From: Promethearchaeota archaeon
GTDB lineage: Archaea > Asgardarchaeota > Heimdallarchaeia > Hodarchaeales > Hodarchaeaceae
Direction of reading: 5' to 3'
DNA: 64,000 nucleotides
Assembly: GCA_048938105.1 (NCBI GenBank)
Contig: JBHLMN010000013.1
Location: forward strand, 32,001-96,000
Translations under genes and position numbers: made by a program
Part shown: piece after piece, positions 21,242-30,735 of the stretch
Numbering within the stretch: position 1 is the first letter of the stretch
How the letters are laid out: each line of letters starts with the position of its first letter
Notes under the pieces: generated by a model
Databases searched by the model: none
What the model saw: only the letters and a program-made list of their open reading frames with translations
Told to the model about the DNA's origin: nothing

Positions 21242-21679
21242 CTGATAAATAGGAAAAAACTTGCAGTAAAAGCCTTAACAAACAGTCCATGGGTGGGACA
21301 TCTTAATTGTGGCTCCTGTAATGGATGTGACATTGAAGCATTGTCATTATTTGTTCCTCGATATGATGTTGAAAGATTTGGCATTATTTTAGAAGGATCA
21401 CCTAGACATTGCGACATCCTATTGGCAACAGGTGCAGTTACCAACCAATACATCCTAAGATTGAAACGTATTTATGAGCAAATGCCCGATCCAAAATTCG
21501 TGATTGCAATTGGTAATTGTGCAAGTACTGGGGGTGTTTACCAAGAAACCTATAACACACTAGATGGGGTAGATAAGGTGGTACCTGTTGATATCTATAT
21601 ACCAGGTTGCCCACCTCGTCCTGAAGCTATTGTTGATGGTGTTATCAAATTAATTAACAAAATTCGGCTTGATTTTTAA
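21242..21679 (+). CDS. Group 4 [NiFe]-hydrogenase small subunit (NuoB/HycG/EchC-like)
   Basis: SPWVGHLNCGSCNGCDIE, SPRHCD, IGNCASTGG, PGCPPRPE; conserved SPW lies upstream of the called GTG (21293), so start inferred at CTG 21242. Confidence 0.9.
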   Translation: MINRKKLAVKALTNSPWVGHLNCGSCNGCDIEALSLFVPRYDVERFGIILEGSPRHCDILLATGAVTNQYILRLKRIYEQMPDPKFVIAIGNCASTGGVYQETYNTLDGVDKVVPVDIYIPGCPPRPEAIVDGVIKLINKIRLDF

Positions 21680-21712
21680 GATATAAGTATTAATTATTTG
21701 GTGATTTTAGAA

Positions 21713-23467
21713 ATGGAAGAAATTAAGCCTGAAACACTAGAGGATGTCGTAAAAAACCTAAATCTTTCAGTTCGTGAATCATCTGGGTTTCCACTGGATT
21801 TATATGTTACAGTTCAACCAGAAAGTCTAATCAAAGTAATAAAACAGCTAAAAGAAAAATATAATGTTACACATCTTTTAACAATCATTACTCAAGACCA
21901 AACGGATAGTTATAACTTACTTTATCCGTTCTCCATAAATTTAAGGAATCAGAAAAGTGGGAAATTAATTTTGGATCTCAAGCTTGATAAAAATGATCCA
22001 AAAATAAGTTCAATTGTAACAGAAATACCTGGAGCTATTTTATATGAGCGAGAAGTCTATGATATGATGGGTATCACGTTTTTAAACCATCCTGGTCTCC
22101 AGCGTTTATTAACACCCGATTCTTTGCCAAATTACATTTACCCCTTAAGGAAAGATATTACTTTTACGGAAATTCGTGAGAGATTAGCTGAATCAAGGAA
22201 AGAAAGAGAAGCTGAAAAAGAGCTAAAGGAATATATAAAGCGAGAGTATGTTGATTTTACTTCTGAAAGATCTGATTACTCAATATCTGTAGGGCCTCAA
22301 CATCCCTCTTTGGAAGAACCAATTCGTTTTATTTTTCATGTCAAAGGGGAGACTGTTAAAGCCATTGATTTGCGTTTAGGATTTTCTCATCGAGGGATAG
22401 AAAAGGCATTTGAAAGTCGTACATGGATGCAAAACCTCTATTTAGCTGAAAGAATATGTGGGATATGCAGTGATGCTCATCAATTATGTTATGTCCAAGC
22501 TGTAGAGAAATGTGCTGAATTAACTGAAGTAATACCAGAACGAGCACAGTATATTCGAGTAATAATGGCTGAACTTGAACGTATACACTCACATTTATTA
22601 TGGTATGGAATTCTAGCCCACGATACTGGCTTTGATACAATGTTTCAATACACTTGGCGAGATAGAGAAATTGTGATGGATATTCTGGAGGAGATCTCTG
22701 GGAACCGTGTTAATTATGCTATGCATACCATTGGCGGGGTTCGCCGAGACATTGATTCAGAAGTGACAAAAGTCAAAATTATTCCAAAATTAAAAAATCT
22801 TCGAAAAAGGGTTGAAAAGCATAAAAAAATGATAATCCAGCAAAGAAGTTTTATTTCTCGTCTAAAAGGCATAGCAATATTAACAAGAAAAGATGCAGCA
22901 CGTTTTTGTGTTGTGGGGCCAACTGCTCGAGCTAGTGGAATAAATATTGATGTTCGAAAAAATGATCCTTATGGTGCTTATGATCAGCTCTCGTTCAATA
23001 TTCCTCTTTTAACTGAAGGTGATATTTTAAGTGGATTAATAAATCGCTTAGATGAAAGTCTTATCTCTATAGATCTAGTAATTGATGCACTCAAAGCCTT
23101 GCCTCCAGGTAATTTAACAATTAAAGTACCTCGACAAATTCCTGTAGGAGAAGGAATGAGTTGTGTTGAAGCACCAAGGGGAGAGAATGTGCATTATATT
23201 CGATCGAATGGTAAGAATAATCCAGAACGTCATAAAGTTCGTGCTCCAACCCTCGCCAATATGCCAAGTTTGGTATATCGATTAATTGGTGTACAAGTAG
23301 CAGACATTCCTCCTGTCATCCGAGTCATCGATCCATGCATCGGTTGTATGGATAGAGTCACTTTCATAGACTCAGGAAAAGGAAAAAAGCTTGATTTATC
23401 AGGAAATCATTTAATAAGTCGGGCAAATCGTGCTTATCGTTTGGGTACTAAAATTCTTGACTTTTAA
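21713..23467 (+). CDS. Group 4 [NiFe]-hydrogenase large subunit, NuoC+NuoD-like fusion
   Basis: NuoC-like YEREVYDMMGI.F..HP; L1 ERICGICSDAH and L2 DPCIGCMDR retain all four Ni-Fe Cys; C-terminal tail after L2. Confidence 0.93.
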   Translation: MEEIKPETLEDVVKNLNLSVRESSGFPLDLYVTVQPESLIKVIKQLKEKYNVTHLLTIITQDQTDSYNLLYPFSINLRNQKSGKLILDLKLDKNDPKISSIVTEIPGAILYEREVYDMMGITFLNHPGLQRLLTPDSLPNYIYPLRKDITFTEIRERLAESRKEREAEKELKEYIKREYVDFTSERSDYSISVGPQHPSLEEPIRFIFHVKGETVKAIDLRLGFSHRGIEKAFESRTWMQNLYLAERICGICSDAHQLCYVQAVEKCAELTEVIPERAQYIRVIMAELERIHSHLLWYGILAHDTGFDTMFQYTWRDREIVMDILEEISGNRVNYAMHTIGGVRRDIDSEVTKVKIIPKLKNLRKRVEKHKKMIIQQRSFISRLKGIAILTRKDAARFCVVGPTARASGINIDVRKNDPYGAYDQLSFNIPLLTEGDILSGLINRLDESLISIDLVIDALKALPPGNLTIKVPRQIPVGEGMSCVEAPRGENVHYIRSNGKNNPERHKVRAPTLANMPSLVYRLIGVQVADIPPVIRVIDPCIGCMDRVTFIDSGKGKKLDLSGNHLISRANRAYRLGTKILDF

Positions 23468-23482
23468 TGGAGAAATAAATGA

Positions 23483-24622
23483 ATGCCATCTATTAATTCT
23501 GTATTAAGACCTCTGATTTTTTTCATGATTTATTTCCTAATTATAGCCAGTTTATTCTTTTTTTTTCAAGAATCTCCTGAGATGATTATTCTCTTGAAGT
23601 ATTTTCTCTTCCCAGGTATTCTTTTTATTTTTACTGGGGCTTTATTTTATAATTGGTTTGAACGGAAAATTTACGCTCGGATGCAAAACCGAAAAGGCCC
23701 CCGATTAATTCAACCTGTTTACGATGTTCTTAAACTACTCGTTAAAGAAGATATTACACCAAATGGTGTTGATACGCCTGAATTCAATGTAATTCCCCCA
23801 ATTCAATTACTTTTAGCACTCTTATTGGCCTTCTTTTTACCAATATATATAGCAGAAGGATTAATCTCTTTTGATGGTGATTTGCTTTTTTTGCTATTTT
23901 TATTGGCAGTGTTATCAGGATCAATCTTTTTGCTTGGATGGGCTAGTAACAATCCATATGGTTTACTTGGAGGATCTAGAGCTGCAATTGCAGAATTATC
24001 ACTCGAAATTCCGTTAACCATAGCTTTTATTGCCCCTGCTATCTTAGCAGGGTCACTCCGTATCTCAAATATCGTTCAGAGCGAATTCAATCTAATTGAT
24101 ATTCCCTTGAATGTAATCTTTCAAATGAATGATTTTTCTATTCATCATCTGTTGTATTTAATTCCTCTTTCTCTTCTCTTCTATATTGCAGTATTGTCTG
24201 CAAATGCAGTCCTAGAAAAAGTTCCATTCGATCCAGCTCACGCAGAAGTTGAAATTGTTGGTGGTTGGACAGTAGAACTTAGTGGGAAAAAGCTTCTTTA
24301 CATTCGCCTTGCAAATTTAGTAACGGAATTTGCAATTGCAGGGATTATAGCAACTATTTTCTTAGGTGGTCCAGGATTTAGTCCATTAAACAAAATGTTC
24401 GATGGGATTCTAATTGTTGGACGATGGGATGTATTTTATTATATTATAAACTTTTTAACCTTTATTATTAAAACTACACTATGTATTTTTTTTATTACGA
24501 TTAGCCGTACAGTTCTATCCCGCCTTCGAATTGACCAATTAGTTCAATATTTTTGGCGGTATTATTTACCTGTTTCTTTCTTTGCATTAATAGTGATAAT
24601 CTATCTAGCAGGAGTAATTTAA
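23483..24622 (+). CDS. NuoH/HycD-like membrane anchor subunit
   Basis: ERKIYARMQNRKGP, DVLKLLVKE, PFD..AEVEIVGG, SRLRIDQ. Confidence 0.92.
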   Translation: MPSINSVLRPLIFFMIYFLIIASLFFFFQESPEMIILLKYFLFPGILFIFTGALFYNWFERKIYARMQNRKGPRLIQPVYDVLKLLVKEDITPNGVDTPEFNVIPPIQLLLALLLAFFLPIYIAEGLISFDGDLLFLLFLLAVLSGSIFLLGWASNNPYGLLGGSRAAIAELSLEIPLTIAFIAPAILAGSLRISNIVQSEFNLIDIPLNVIFQMNDFSIHHLLYLIPLSLLFYIAVLSANAVLEKVPFDPAHAEVEIVGGWTVELSGKKLLYIRLANLVTEFAIAGIIATIFLGGPGFSPLNKMFDGILIVGRWDVFYYIINFLTFIIKTTLCIFFITISRTVLSRLRIDQLVQYFWRYYLPVSFFALIVIIYLAGVI

Positions 24623-24624
24623 AG

Positions 24625-25083
24625 ATGGTTAAAATACCTGATCTTTTTCCTGTGTTAAGTGAAGTTACTCGGAATTTAATAAATAAAACAGTTACAGTCG
24701 AATTTCCTTTTGAGAATGTAAAAGTTCCAGATGGATATAGAGGGGCACCAGAAGTCAATCCAAAGCTATGTATTGTTTGTAAAACTTGTGAAAAAATATG
24801 CCCAACACATTGCATTGAGATTATCCCTGTGAATCCCAGTGAAATTGCAGATTATTCTCAGGAGAAAGGAATTCCCTTTTGCTTTTCAATTAACCTTTCA
24901 CAATGTATGTTTTGTCAGGAATGTGAGAAATCTTGTCCAGTAGGTAAGAAAGGAGAATCTGCTATAAACCTTAATTCAAGTCGATGGTTAATGGCTAATT
25001 ATAAAATTGCAGATACAACTGAAAAAAAACTTGTTTATCAGAGACCTAAGAGAAAAAAGAAAATTAACGCTCAAGGAAGTTAA
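24625..25083 (+). CDS. NuoI/HycF-like 2[4Fe-4S] subunit
   Basis: YRG.P, CIVCKTCEKICP, CMFCQECEKSCP; ATG at 24625. Confidence 0.9.
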   Translation: MVKIPDLFPVLSEVTRNLINKTVTVEFPFENVKVPDGYRGAPEVNPKLCIVCKTCEKICPTHCIEIIPVNPSEIADYSQEKGIPFCFSINLSQCMFCQECEKSCPVGKKGESAINLNSSRWLMANYKIADTTEKKLVYQRPKRKKKINAQGS

Positions 25084-25088
25084 ATCCA

Positions 25089-25373
25089 ATGGCATCGGTC
25101 GAAGTAGTAATCTTAACTATATTTACAATAGCAATGGCGGCTGCAGCGCTTGAGGTGGAAAATATAACTCGTTCTATCCTTTGTTTAGCGCTTTCGTCTA
25201 TTGGAGTTGGTTCTATATTCTTTTTTGTTGGTGCTAGTTATGCTGCCGTTTTTGAATTCGTTCTTTATGCTGGTGTTTTAATAATTTTGTTTATTGTTGC
25301 AGCTAGTTTAACTGAAATCACCGAAAAAGAGACTATTGGAGAGGATCTCTTGATAAAGGAGATAAAATCATGA
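25089..25373 (+). CDS. NuoJ N-terminal-like membrane subunit
   Basis: 3 TMs, GASYAAVFEFVLYAGV. Confidence 0.75.
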   Translation: MASVEVVILTIFTIAMAAAALEVENITRSILCLALSSIGVGSIFFFVGASYAAVFEFVLYAGVLIILFIVAASLTEITEKETIGEDLLIKEIKS

Positions 25374-25642
25374 ATAATAAGGAAGTATTAGGAAGAATCG
25401 GATTTGCTATCATTGGCTTTATTTTGTTAGTTCTTATTGTTGATGCACAAGATAGTGGAGCTTGGGCAACCTTACAAACTGTGAAACCAAATTTAGCAAA
25501 CGAAAGGAGTTTGGGGTTATTATGGACCACTCTAGCAACCTCAACTATAATTCAAGGTTTTATGCTTTATGCAGCCCTTTTGGGTTCAAATTTACAGTTC
25601 TCGCCACCAACAAAAGAGAGAGAAAAAGAGGAGGAGTCTTAA
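25370..25642 (+). CDS. Small membrane subunit, probable NuoJ C-terminal half
   Basis: 2 TMs with SLGLLLW (cf. NuoJ 'lG..Lf'); overlaps neighbours. Confidence 0.55.
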   Translation: MNNKEVLGRIGFAIIGFILLVLIVDAQDSGAWATLQTVKPNLANERSLGLLWTTLATSTIIQGFMLYAALLGSNLQFSPPTKEREKEEES

Positions 25643-25974
25643 TGGCGTTTTCTGTAGATTCTTTCACTGATTTTGAAATTTTACTAGCTTTATCGTTTAT
25701 CATGCTCTTAATTGGTATTTATGGCCTAATTACAAAACGTTTAGCTATTAAAACAATAATGGCTTTAGAAATCCTTGTTACTGCACCTAATATAGCATTT
25801 ATTGCTTTTGGTTTTACTCAAAATACAAATATAGATCCACAGACACAGGCTTTTGTAATTATATCCTTATCAGTTGGGGCTGCCGTTATTGGTCTGGCTT
25901 TAGCTTTTCTTCGCAATTTGTACAAACACTTCGAAACAACTGAAGTGGACGCTTTTACAACACTTAAAGGATGA
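25642..25974 (+). CDS. NuoK/MrpC-like membrane subunit
   Basis: IGIYGL..KR.AIK.IMALEI, QAFVI..VGAA; ATG at 25642 after GGAGG. Confidence 0.85.
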   Translation: MAFSVDSFTDFEILLALSFIMLLIGIYGLITKRLAIKTIMALEILVTAPNIAFIAFGFTQNTNIDPQTQAFVIISLSVGAAVIGLALAFLRNLYKHFETTEVDAFTTLKG

Positions 25975-25975
25975 G

Positions 25976-27946
25976 GTGGCTAAAAATATGTCCAGCTGGC
26001 GAATAACAACTTTTGAAAACCTTATTGATGTTTCTCTTCAACCTTGGTTTTTAGTTTTCGCTATTCCCATTGTTGGAGCATTTTGTTCACCAATTGTAGG
26101 TAGATTTAATTCAACTCTACGTAATTTTTTTTCAATTGCAACAATCGGGATTTCAACCCTACTTGCAGGATATCTGGTTGCACTTGGAACTGCAGAAGAA
26201 CATATAATATTATTCGTTCCAACAATTATTAACAATTCAACTTTTGATTTTTTCTGTAATTCAATAAATCTTGACGCTTTAGGTGTCTTTATCGCTCTAA
26301 TTGCATCAGGATTGGGTTTCTTAATAGCAATTTTTTCATTAGAATATATGAAGGAAGACACAGCTCAAGGAAGATATTATTTTTTCCTCCAGCTTTTTAT
26401 TGGTGGAATGGTTCTTCTTGTTCTTGCTGGGGATTTGATATTCCTGTACTTTGGCTGGAAAATGGTAGGAGTGTGTAGTTATTTCCTAATTGGTCACTGG
26501 TTTCATAAACCTGAACCACAAGGTTCTTTATGTGCGAAGTCAGGAATGAAGGCCTTTCTTATGACACTTGTAGGTGATATTGCTCTTTTGATTGCACTTG
26601 GAATCCTATGGTTTGAATTAGACACAATTAATATTAAAATCATAACTCAAGCGTTTAATTCAGGAGTAACATCTGGACTCCAAACATTCGTTGCTTTACT
26701 CATTCTTCTTGGGGCAATTAGTAAATCAGCGCAATTTCCATTCATTACATGGTTAAGTAGTCCAAGAGATATTAATATTGATGCCATGCAGGGCCCTACA
26801 ACCGTCAGTGCACTCATACATGCCGCAACTATGGTAAAGGCGGGAGTTTATCTTATTTCAAGGTTTTATATGGTTTTTGCGCCAGTAAACATAACATTTT
26901 TTATCATGATCATTTCACTTATCGCTGCGATTACTGCATTGATAACTGCAGCTTCAGCTTTAGCATCCATTGATATTAAGCGTGTATTGGCTTATTCAAC
27001 TGTTAGTCAACTAGCCTATATGTTTATGGGCCTCTCTATTGGCTTTTTAGCTTATATTGAGAAACCAATAATTAGCATCGAAGGTTTTATGGGGACTCAG
27101 TTCCATCTATTGTCACATGCAATATTCAAAGCTCTTCTCTTCCTTTCAGCAGGAGCAATTATACATTCTTTAAATGAAGAAAGGAATATTAAATGTATGG
27201 GTGGATTAAAAGATGAATTACCAATTATTCATTGGACAACATTAATAGGAATATGTGCTTTAGCTGGTGTTCCATTCTTCTTTAACGGTGGATATAGTAA
27301 AGAGGCGATATTAGGCTCAATAGTTAACTTCGTTTTTAGTGGTGCAAAATTAGCTCTTTTTGGATGGATAATTTATGGGGCTGGTATGATAACAGTAATT
27401 TTAACATCGTTATACGCTTTTCGACTCTTTTTTCTAATTTTTTATGGCAAAAAGTCAGAAAGTTTGAAAGTAAACAAACCTGGCTTTATTATGCGGGGAG
27501 TGACATCCTTTTTAGCAATTCTTGTTGTTATAACTGGATTTATTGGGCCTATTCTTTTAAATACCCATTTTAGACCAATGTTTAAGAATTCAGAATATCA
27601 TTCACCATTAATATACATTCCTGATCCTTTACATCAGCCATTAGCTTTTATCAACATGGTTATTGTAATTGGATTGGTTATTATCGGATTTGGTCTTAGT
27701 TATCACATTTACTACAAGGGTCCAAGAACGATTATGCCTACTGTTCAGAAGAACTGGATTCTTAACGCTTTCCATACCATAATTATAGAGGGATTTTATC
27801 TAGATACGATTTACAACGAGCTCATAGACTTATTCATGTTTTTAAACTGGAAACTTCGAAAGTTACAGACTGGGGATCTCAATTTTAACATGGCAGGAGT
27901 AGGTATGATAGCTATTCTAATAATCATAACTTTATTGTTATTTTAA
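25976..27946 (+). CDS. NuoL/MrpA-like antiporter subunit
   Basis: SKSAQFP, AMQGPTTVSALIHAATMVKAGVYL, KRVLAYSTVSQLAYM, HAIFKALLFL. Confidence 0.92.
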   Translation: MAKNMSSWRITTFENLIDVSLQPWFLVFAIPIVGAFCSPIVGRFNSTLRNFFSIATIGISTLLAGYLVALGTAEEHIILFVPTIINNSTFDFFCNSINLDALGVFIALIASGLGFLIAIFSLEYMKEDTAQGRYYFFLQLFIGGMVLLVLAGDLIFLYFGWKMVGVCSYFLIGHWFHKPEPQGSLCAKSGMKAFLMTLVGDIALLIALGILWFELDTINIKIITQAFNSGVTSGLQTFVALLILLGAISKSAQFPFITWLSSPRDINIDAMQGPTTVSALIHAATMVKAGVYLISRFYMVFAPVNITFFIMIISLIAAITALITAASALASIDIKRVLAYSTVSQLAYMFMGLSIGFLAYIEKPIISIEGFMGTQFHLLSHAIFKALLFLSAGAIIHSLNEERNIKCMGGLKDELPIIHWTTLIGICALAGVPFFFNGGYSKEAILGSIVNFVFSGAKLALFGWIIYGAGMITVILTSLYAFRLFFLIFYGKKSESLKVNKPGFIMRGVTSFLAILVVITGFIGPILLNTHFRPMFKNSEYHSPLIYIPDPLHQPLAFINMVIVIGLVIIGFGLSYHIYYKGPRTIMPTVQKNWILNAFHTIIIEGFYLDTIYNELIDLFMFLNWKLRKLQTGDLNFNMAGVGMIAILIIITLLLF

Positions 27947-27958
27947 GGTGGTACAATC

Positions 27959-29491
27959 ATGATTGTGATCTTTGGACTAAATATTACATTAATTACTTTC
28001 GTTATTATCCCCCTTTTTTTTTCATTTTTTCTTATACTTTTAGAAAAGTTATTTTCATCCTCACGGTTAAAAAAGAATTTTATTCATATAATAGCATTAA
28101 TTGGGGCATTATTTGATTTACTTCTTGCTTTTCTTTTCTGTTCCGAGATCCTGAAGACTGGAAAAGAATTTTTTATAGATACTTCTTTCCTCGTTTTAAA
28201 AACTGATATCACATCTCTCTTTTTTATACTGATTTTTACAACAATTCATTTTACTGTATCCATTTATTGTGTCAATTTTATGGATCAATTCGATGACCTT
28301 GCTATTTTTTATGCGTTATTATTTGCATTAGTAACAGGTCTTAATTTGATAGTTATGGCTTCTGATTTTTTCACGCTTTTCGTAGCTTATGAGGGAATGG
28401 CATTATGTGCTTATTCCATGGTTGGATTTTACCGTAATCTAGAATCATCTGAAGCAGGATTTAAGTATCTGATGATGAGCTCAACTGGAAGCCTCTTATT
28501 ATTATTCGGCTTAGCCTTACTGTATGGAGTAGTAGGAAGCCTTAATTTTGCCTACTTGTCAACTGCCAACTTAGATAACAATTTGATGTTATCTTTAGCG
28601 ATTATCTTGATGGTTCTTGGATTTGGAATAACAGCTTCGATGTTCTTCTTAAATACTTGGCTTCCAGATGCTCATCCTGCCGCACCACCACCTGCTAGTG
28701 TCATTCTATCAGGAATTGTAGTTATCGCAGGGACATATGGATTATTAAGAACTTTCACTCTTCTTATAATTCCTTTAAACATCAATTCAGAACTATCATG
28801 GTCTAATCTGTTTATACTTATCGGTATTTTTACATCATTACAAGGGAATCTCTTTGTACTCATTCAATTCAAGAGAACTGATTCGCAGGCAAGAAATCTT
28901 AAACGGATATTAGCTTTTTCAACAATTTCACATATGGGCTACCTATTAACTGGAATAGGTACTGCTAATATCATGGGTATAAGCGGAGTTCTACTGCATG
29001 CTCTCAATCATGCAATTGCAAAAGGAATTATGTTTATGATTGCAGGTTATCTTATTTTTTCTGGAGGTTCGCATTGTCTCGATCATTATAAGGGATTAGG
29101 CCGTCAAGATCCAGTGATTGGAACCTGTTTAGTTATTGGTTTGTTTTCATTGGCCTCAATACCTCTTACTGGTGGTTTCTGGTCGAAATTACAGCTAATA
29201 CTTGGTCTTTTTGAAAATGGTTATCCCTTCGGAATATTCGCAGGTGTAAGTATGCTTGGATTAACTTTTTTCGCTGCAATAGGTTACCTTTGGATAATCA
29301 AATATATTGTTATGGATCATTCAGATATGGATTTAGAATATATTCATAATTTTAAGAAGATGAATCTAAGAAGGGGCGGATTTATGAAGTTAGCGATTAT
29401 CATATTGACATTAATTGTGGTTATTCTCGGATTATTACCAGGTCCATTCATAAATTTAACATTACAGGCTGCACATTATCTATTTGGATAA
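27959..29491 (+). CDS. NuoM/N / MrpD-like antiporter subunit
   Basis: SEAGFKY, WLPDAHPAAP, KRILAFSTISHMGY, NHAIAKG, P.TGGFWSK. Confidence 0.9.
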   Translation: MIVIFGLNITLITFVIIPLFFSFFLILLEKLFSSSRLKKNFIHIIALIGALFDLLLAFLFCSEILKTGKEFFIDTSFLVLKTDITSLFFILIFTTIHFTVSIYCVNFMDQFDDLAIFYALLFALVTGLNLIVMASDFFTLFVAYEGMALCAYSMVGFYRNLESSEAGFKYLMMSSTGSLLLLFGLALLYGVVGSLNFAYLSTANLDNNLMLSLAIILMVLGFGITASMFFLNTWLPDAHPAAPPPASVILSGIVVIAGTYGLLRTFTLLIIPLNINSELSWSNLFILIGIFTSLQGNLFVLIQFKRTDSQARNLKRILAFSTISHMGYLLTGIGTANIMGISGVLLHALNHAIAKGIMFMIAGYLIFSGGSHCLDHYKGLGRQDPVIGTCLVIGLFSLASIPLTGGFWSKLQLILGLFENGYPFGIFAGVSMLGLTFFAAIGYLWIIKYIVMDHSDMDLEYIHNFKKMNLRRGGFMKLAIIILTLIVVILGLLPGPFINLTLQAAHYLFG

Positions 29492-29702
29492 CTTCTAATA
29501 TTTCCACATTTATCAAATAAGATATTTTTAAAATATAAACGTGTAATAAATGAGAATTTTATATTTAAAGAAAATATAATTTTGATAATATTTTTCCTTC
29601 ATATATGAAACATTGATTTACATGAAAAGGGCAGAAATCAATACTAATCATATGTCTTAAAATTCAGTGGGGACGAAATCTTCCAAGAAATAAGATTTAT
29701 TC

Positions 29703-29757
29703 TGTACATATATTTTATTAACTCATTATTGGTATTTATAATCGACCCTTGTTGGTC
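29703..29757 (+). promoter_or_regulatory. Promoter with shared TGTACA-TATA-GACC architecture
   Basis: TGTACA 29703, TTTATTAA 29714, GACC-CTTGTT-GGTC 29744-29757. Confidence 0.65.
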
Positions 29758-29785
29758 AAGCTAAATCTAATTTGGGATAATACAG

Positions 29786-29932
29786 ATGAAAAGTATTAGC
29801 GAACAGAAAGAAAATTTACGATCATCCACAGATAATAAACGAATTTCAAAAGATATTAGACTTAGAAATCAAGATCATGAAACTAAATGGTTGCCAAAAA
29901 GAGGTAACCATTACGTTATAATTGAATGGTGA
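29786..29932 (+). CDS. Small ORF (48 aa; not in ORF track)
   Basis: MKSISEQKENLRSSTDNKRISKDIRLRNQDHETKWLPKRGNHYVIIEW*; first ATG downstream of the conserved promoter. Confidence 0.45.
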   Translation: MKSISEQKENLRSSTDNKRISKDIRLRNQDHETKWLPKRGNHYVIIEW

Positions 29933-29997
29933 CATGTCCATCTGATTCATTACCCAATATGAAATTTAATAATCCATGAATAAGAGGATGATCAGAA

Positions 29998-30210
29998 TTG
30001 GCACTTAAAAACGATTTAGTAACTTCACATAATTTAATACTCAGTTTTATTCTATTATCAAGCATTTATATGATTGTATTTGACTGGAGAATTATTATTT
30101 TCGCCATTATTATAGTCTCAATATTTGGAGGCTATTTGGCTTTTATCTCTGTAGGATTCATGGATTTAGATTATAGAACAAAAAATGAAAAAAAGAATTT
30201 GGAAGAATGA
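29998..30210 (+). CDS. Small 2-TM hypothetical protein
   Basis: GAGGA upstream, two hydrophobic stretches, ATGA overlap with next ORF. Confidence 0.55.
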   Translation: MALKNDLVTSHNLILSFILLSSIYMIVFDWRIIIFAIIIVSIFGGYLAFISVGFMDLDYRTKNEKKNLEE

Positions 30211-30446
30211 AAATGACAATAAAAGAAGGAATATACCCATTCTCTCAAACAACATTAAGAAAAGATCGTGTTAGTTCATTAGAACTAAATAGTGTGAGAT
30301 CTAAAGCCATATTAGAGCAAAATTACATGAGTTTAAAAGGTTTAGACGACGAACTTTTTAAAACTCTTTCAGAGAAATCGTTTAAAGAAGCTAAAGAAGT
30401 CACGTATGAATTAATTGAAGAAGATAATGAAAATCCTTATCTATAA
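30207..30446 (+). CDS. Small hypothetical protein
   Basis: 79-aa ORF coupled to upstream ORF by ATGA overlap. Confidence 0.55.
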   Translation: MKMTIKEGIYPFSQTTLRKDRVSSLELNSVRSKAILEQNYMSLKGLDDELFKTLSEKSFKEAKEVTYELIEEDNENPYL

Positions 30447-30735
30447 GGTATTTTCTTGATCTTTATCTTAACCAAAGACAAGATACAGAGAATCAATCGT
30501 TAAACTAAAGGAACCAATCAATCTAGGGAAATAATCGTCTAAGTTCAAAATGTCAATTAATACGTATAAAACTGGCATCTATGATATCAATCATCTTATT
30601 CATTCTTTCAAAAGAGACATTTCATTTCTATCTTATTAATCAATATTAATGTACATAAAGTACCTATCTTAATCTTGTAGTTATTTGTTTTTTAATTCTA
30701 TAATTTAGATTTTTCTCACATAATCGTTTTTTTTT

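Noticed and set aside
20875-29491. Respiratory complex I (Nuo/Fpo)
   Set aside because: Large subunit keeps all four Ni-Fe Cys, small subunit has CxxC rather than tandem CC, and a HycI protease is nearby
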